DNA of 64,000 nucleotides from Chlamydiia bacterium (GTDB lineage Bacteria; Chlamydiota; Chlamydiia; Chlamydiales; Simkaniaceae): NCBI GenBank assembly GCA_022601645.1, contig JAJACH010000002.1, positions 445,696 to 509,695 of the forward strand, read 5' to 3'. Shown piece by piece: positions 63,894 to 64,000 of this stretch (position 1 is its first letter; each line of letters starts with the position of its first letter). The notes under the pieces were generated by a model. It saw only the letters and a program-made list of their open reading frames with translations, ran no database searches and was not told where the DNA came from. The position numbers and the translations under genes were made by a program.

Positions 63894-64000
63894 ATGGTAG
63901 CACAGGCAGTAGGAAGCGCTCAAGGCGCAGCACCAACAGCAGCACACGGAAATGCAGTACACGAAGCAAGAAGCAAAGATGGAATGCTAGCAACAGCCGT
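63894..64000 (+). CDS. 5' end of a paralog of the translocator-like gene at 60131 (continues beyond the window)
   Basis: The ATG at 63894 follows ACGAGGATCACA. MVAQAVGSAQGAAPTAAHGNAVHEARSKDGMLATAV aligns with the N-terminus of the gene at 60131. Confidence 0.55.
   Translation, partial: MVAQAVGSAQGAAPTAAHGNAVHEARSKDGMLATA

Overview
This 64-kb chromosomal window appears to come from a member of the phylum Chlamydiae. That is an inference from gene content and Chlamydia-like synteny: dnaJ-rpsU-tsaB next to lon, glyA-clpP-dapF, and a type III secretion (T3SS) block in the C. trachomatis CT663-CT674 gene order, including pkn5. The oversized T3SS proteins and the several eukaryote-like domains suggest an environmental lineage rather than Chlamydiaceae. 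Layout: (1-22 kb) azlCD and MFS/NTT-like transporters; a GH1 hydrolase / sulfotransferase / PAPS-synthase cluster; a MYND zinc-finger protein; housekeeping genes (dnaJ, rpsU, tsaB, lon, rhomboid, rnz, SpoU methyltransferase, ABC-F); and two tandem ankyrin+SET-like proteins. (22-40 kb) a Xer recombinase; an array of small paralogous 'MSIGP...' proteins; RNase P RNA; a CdsZ-like Zn-ribbon protein; glyA-clpP-dapF-ald; an SNF2 helicase; der; and a visibly more AT-rich islet holding a GH8 hydrolase and a 277-aa orphan gene flanked by a ~0.2-kb duplication. (40-64 kb) the T3SS genes cdsC, pkn5, cdsQ, an extra T3S4-domain gene, cdsP, cdsO, cdsN, an unnamed gene, cdsG, cdsF, cdsE, cdsD and a chaperone. 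These are followed by repeated promoter / hairpin / GC-rich cassettes and by operons of tip- and translocator-like proteins. The most notable observations are: three in-frame TGA codons interrupting two translocator-like genes; a duplicated sRNA-like hairpin with covarying stem and conserved C-rich loop; a 1417-aa secretin with about ten tandem N-domain repeats; two adjacent ruler-like T3S4 paralogs; and tandem Ank+SET and MYND effector candidates. Everything rests on reading the sequence and ORF translations by eye. No database search was possible, so family assignments rest on motifs and RNA ends are approximate.
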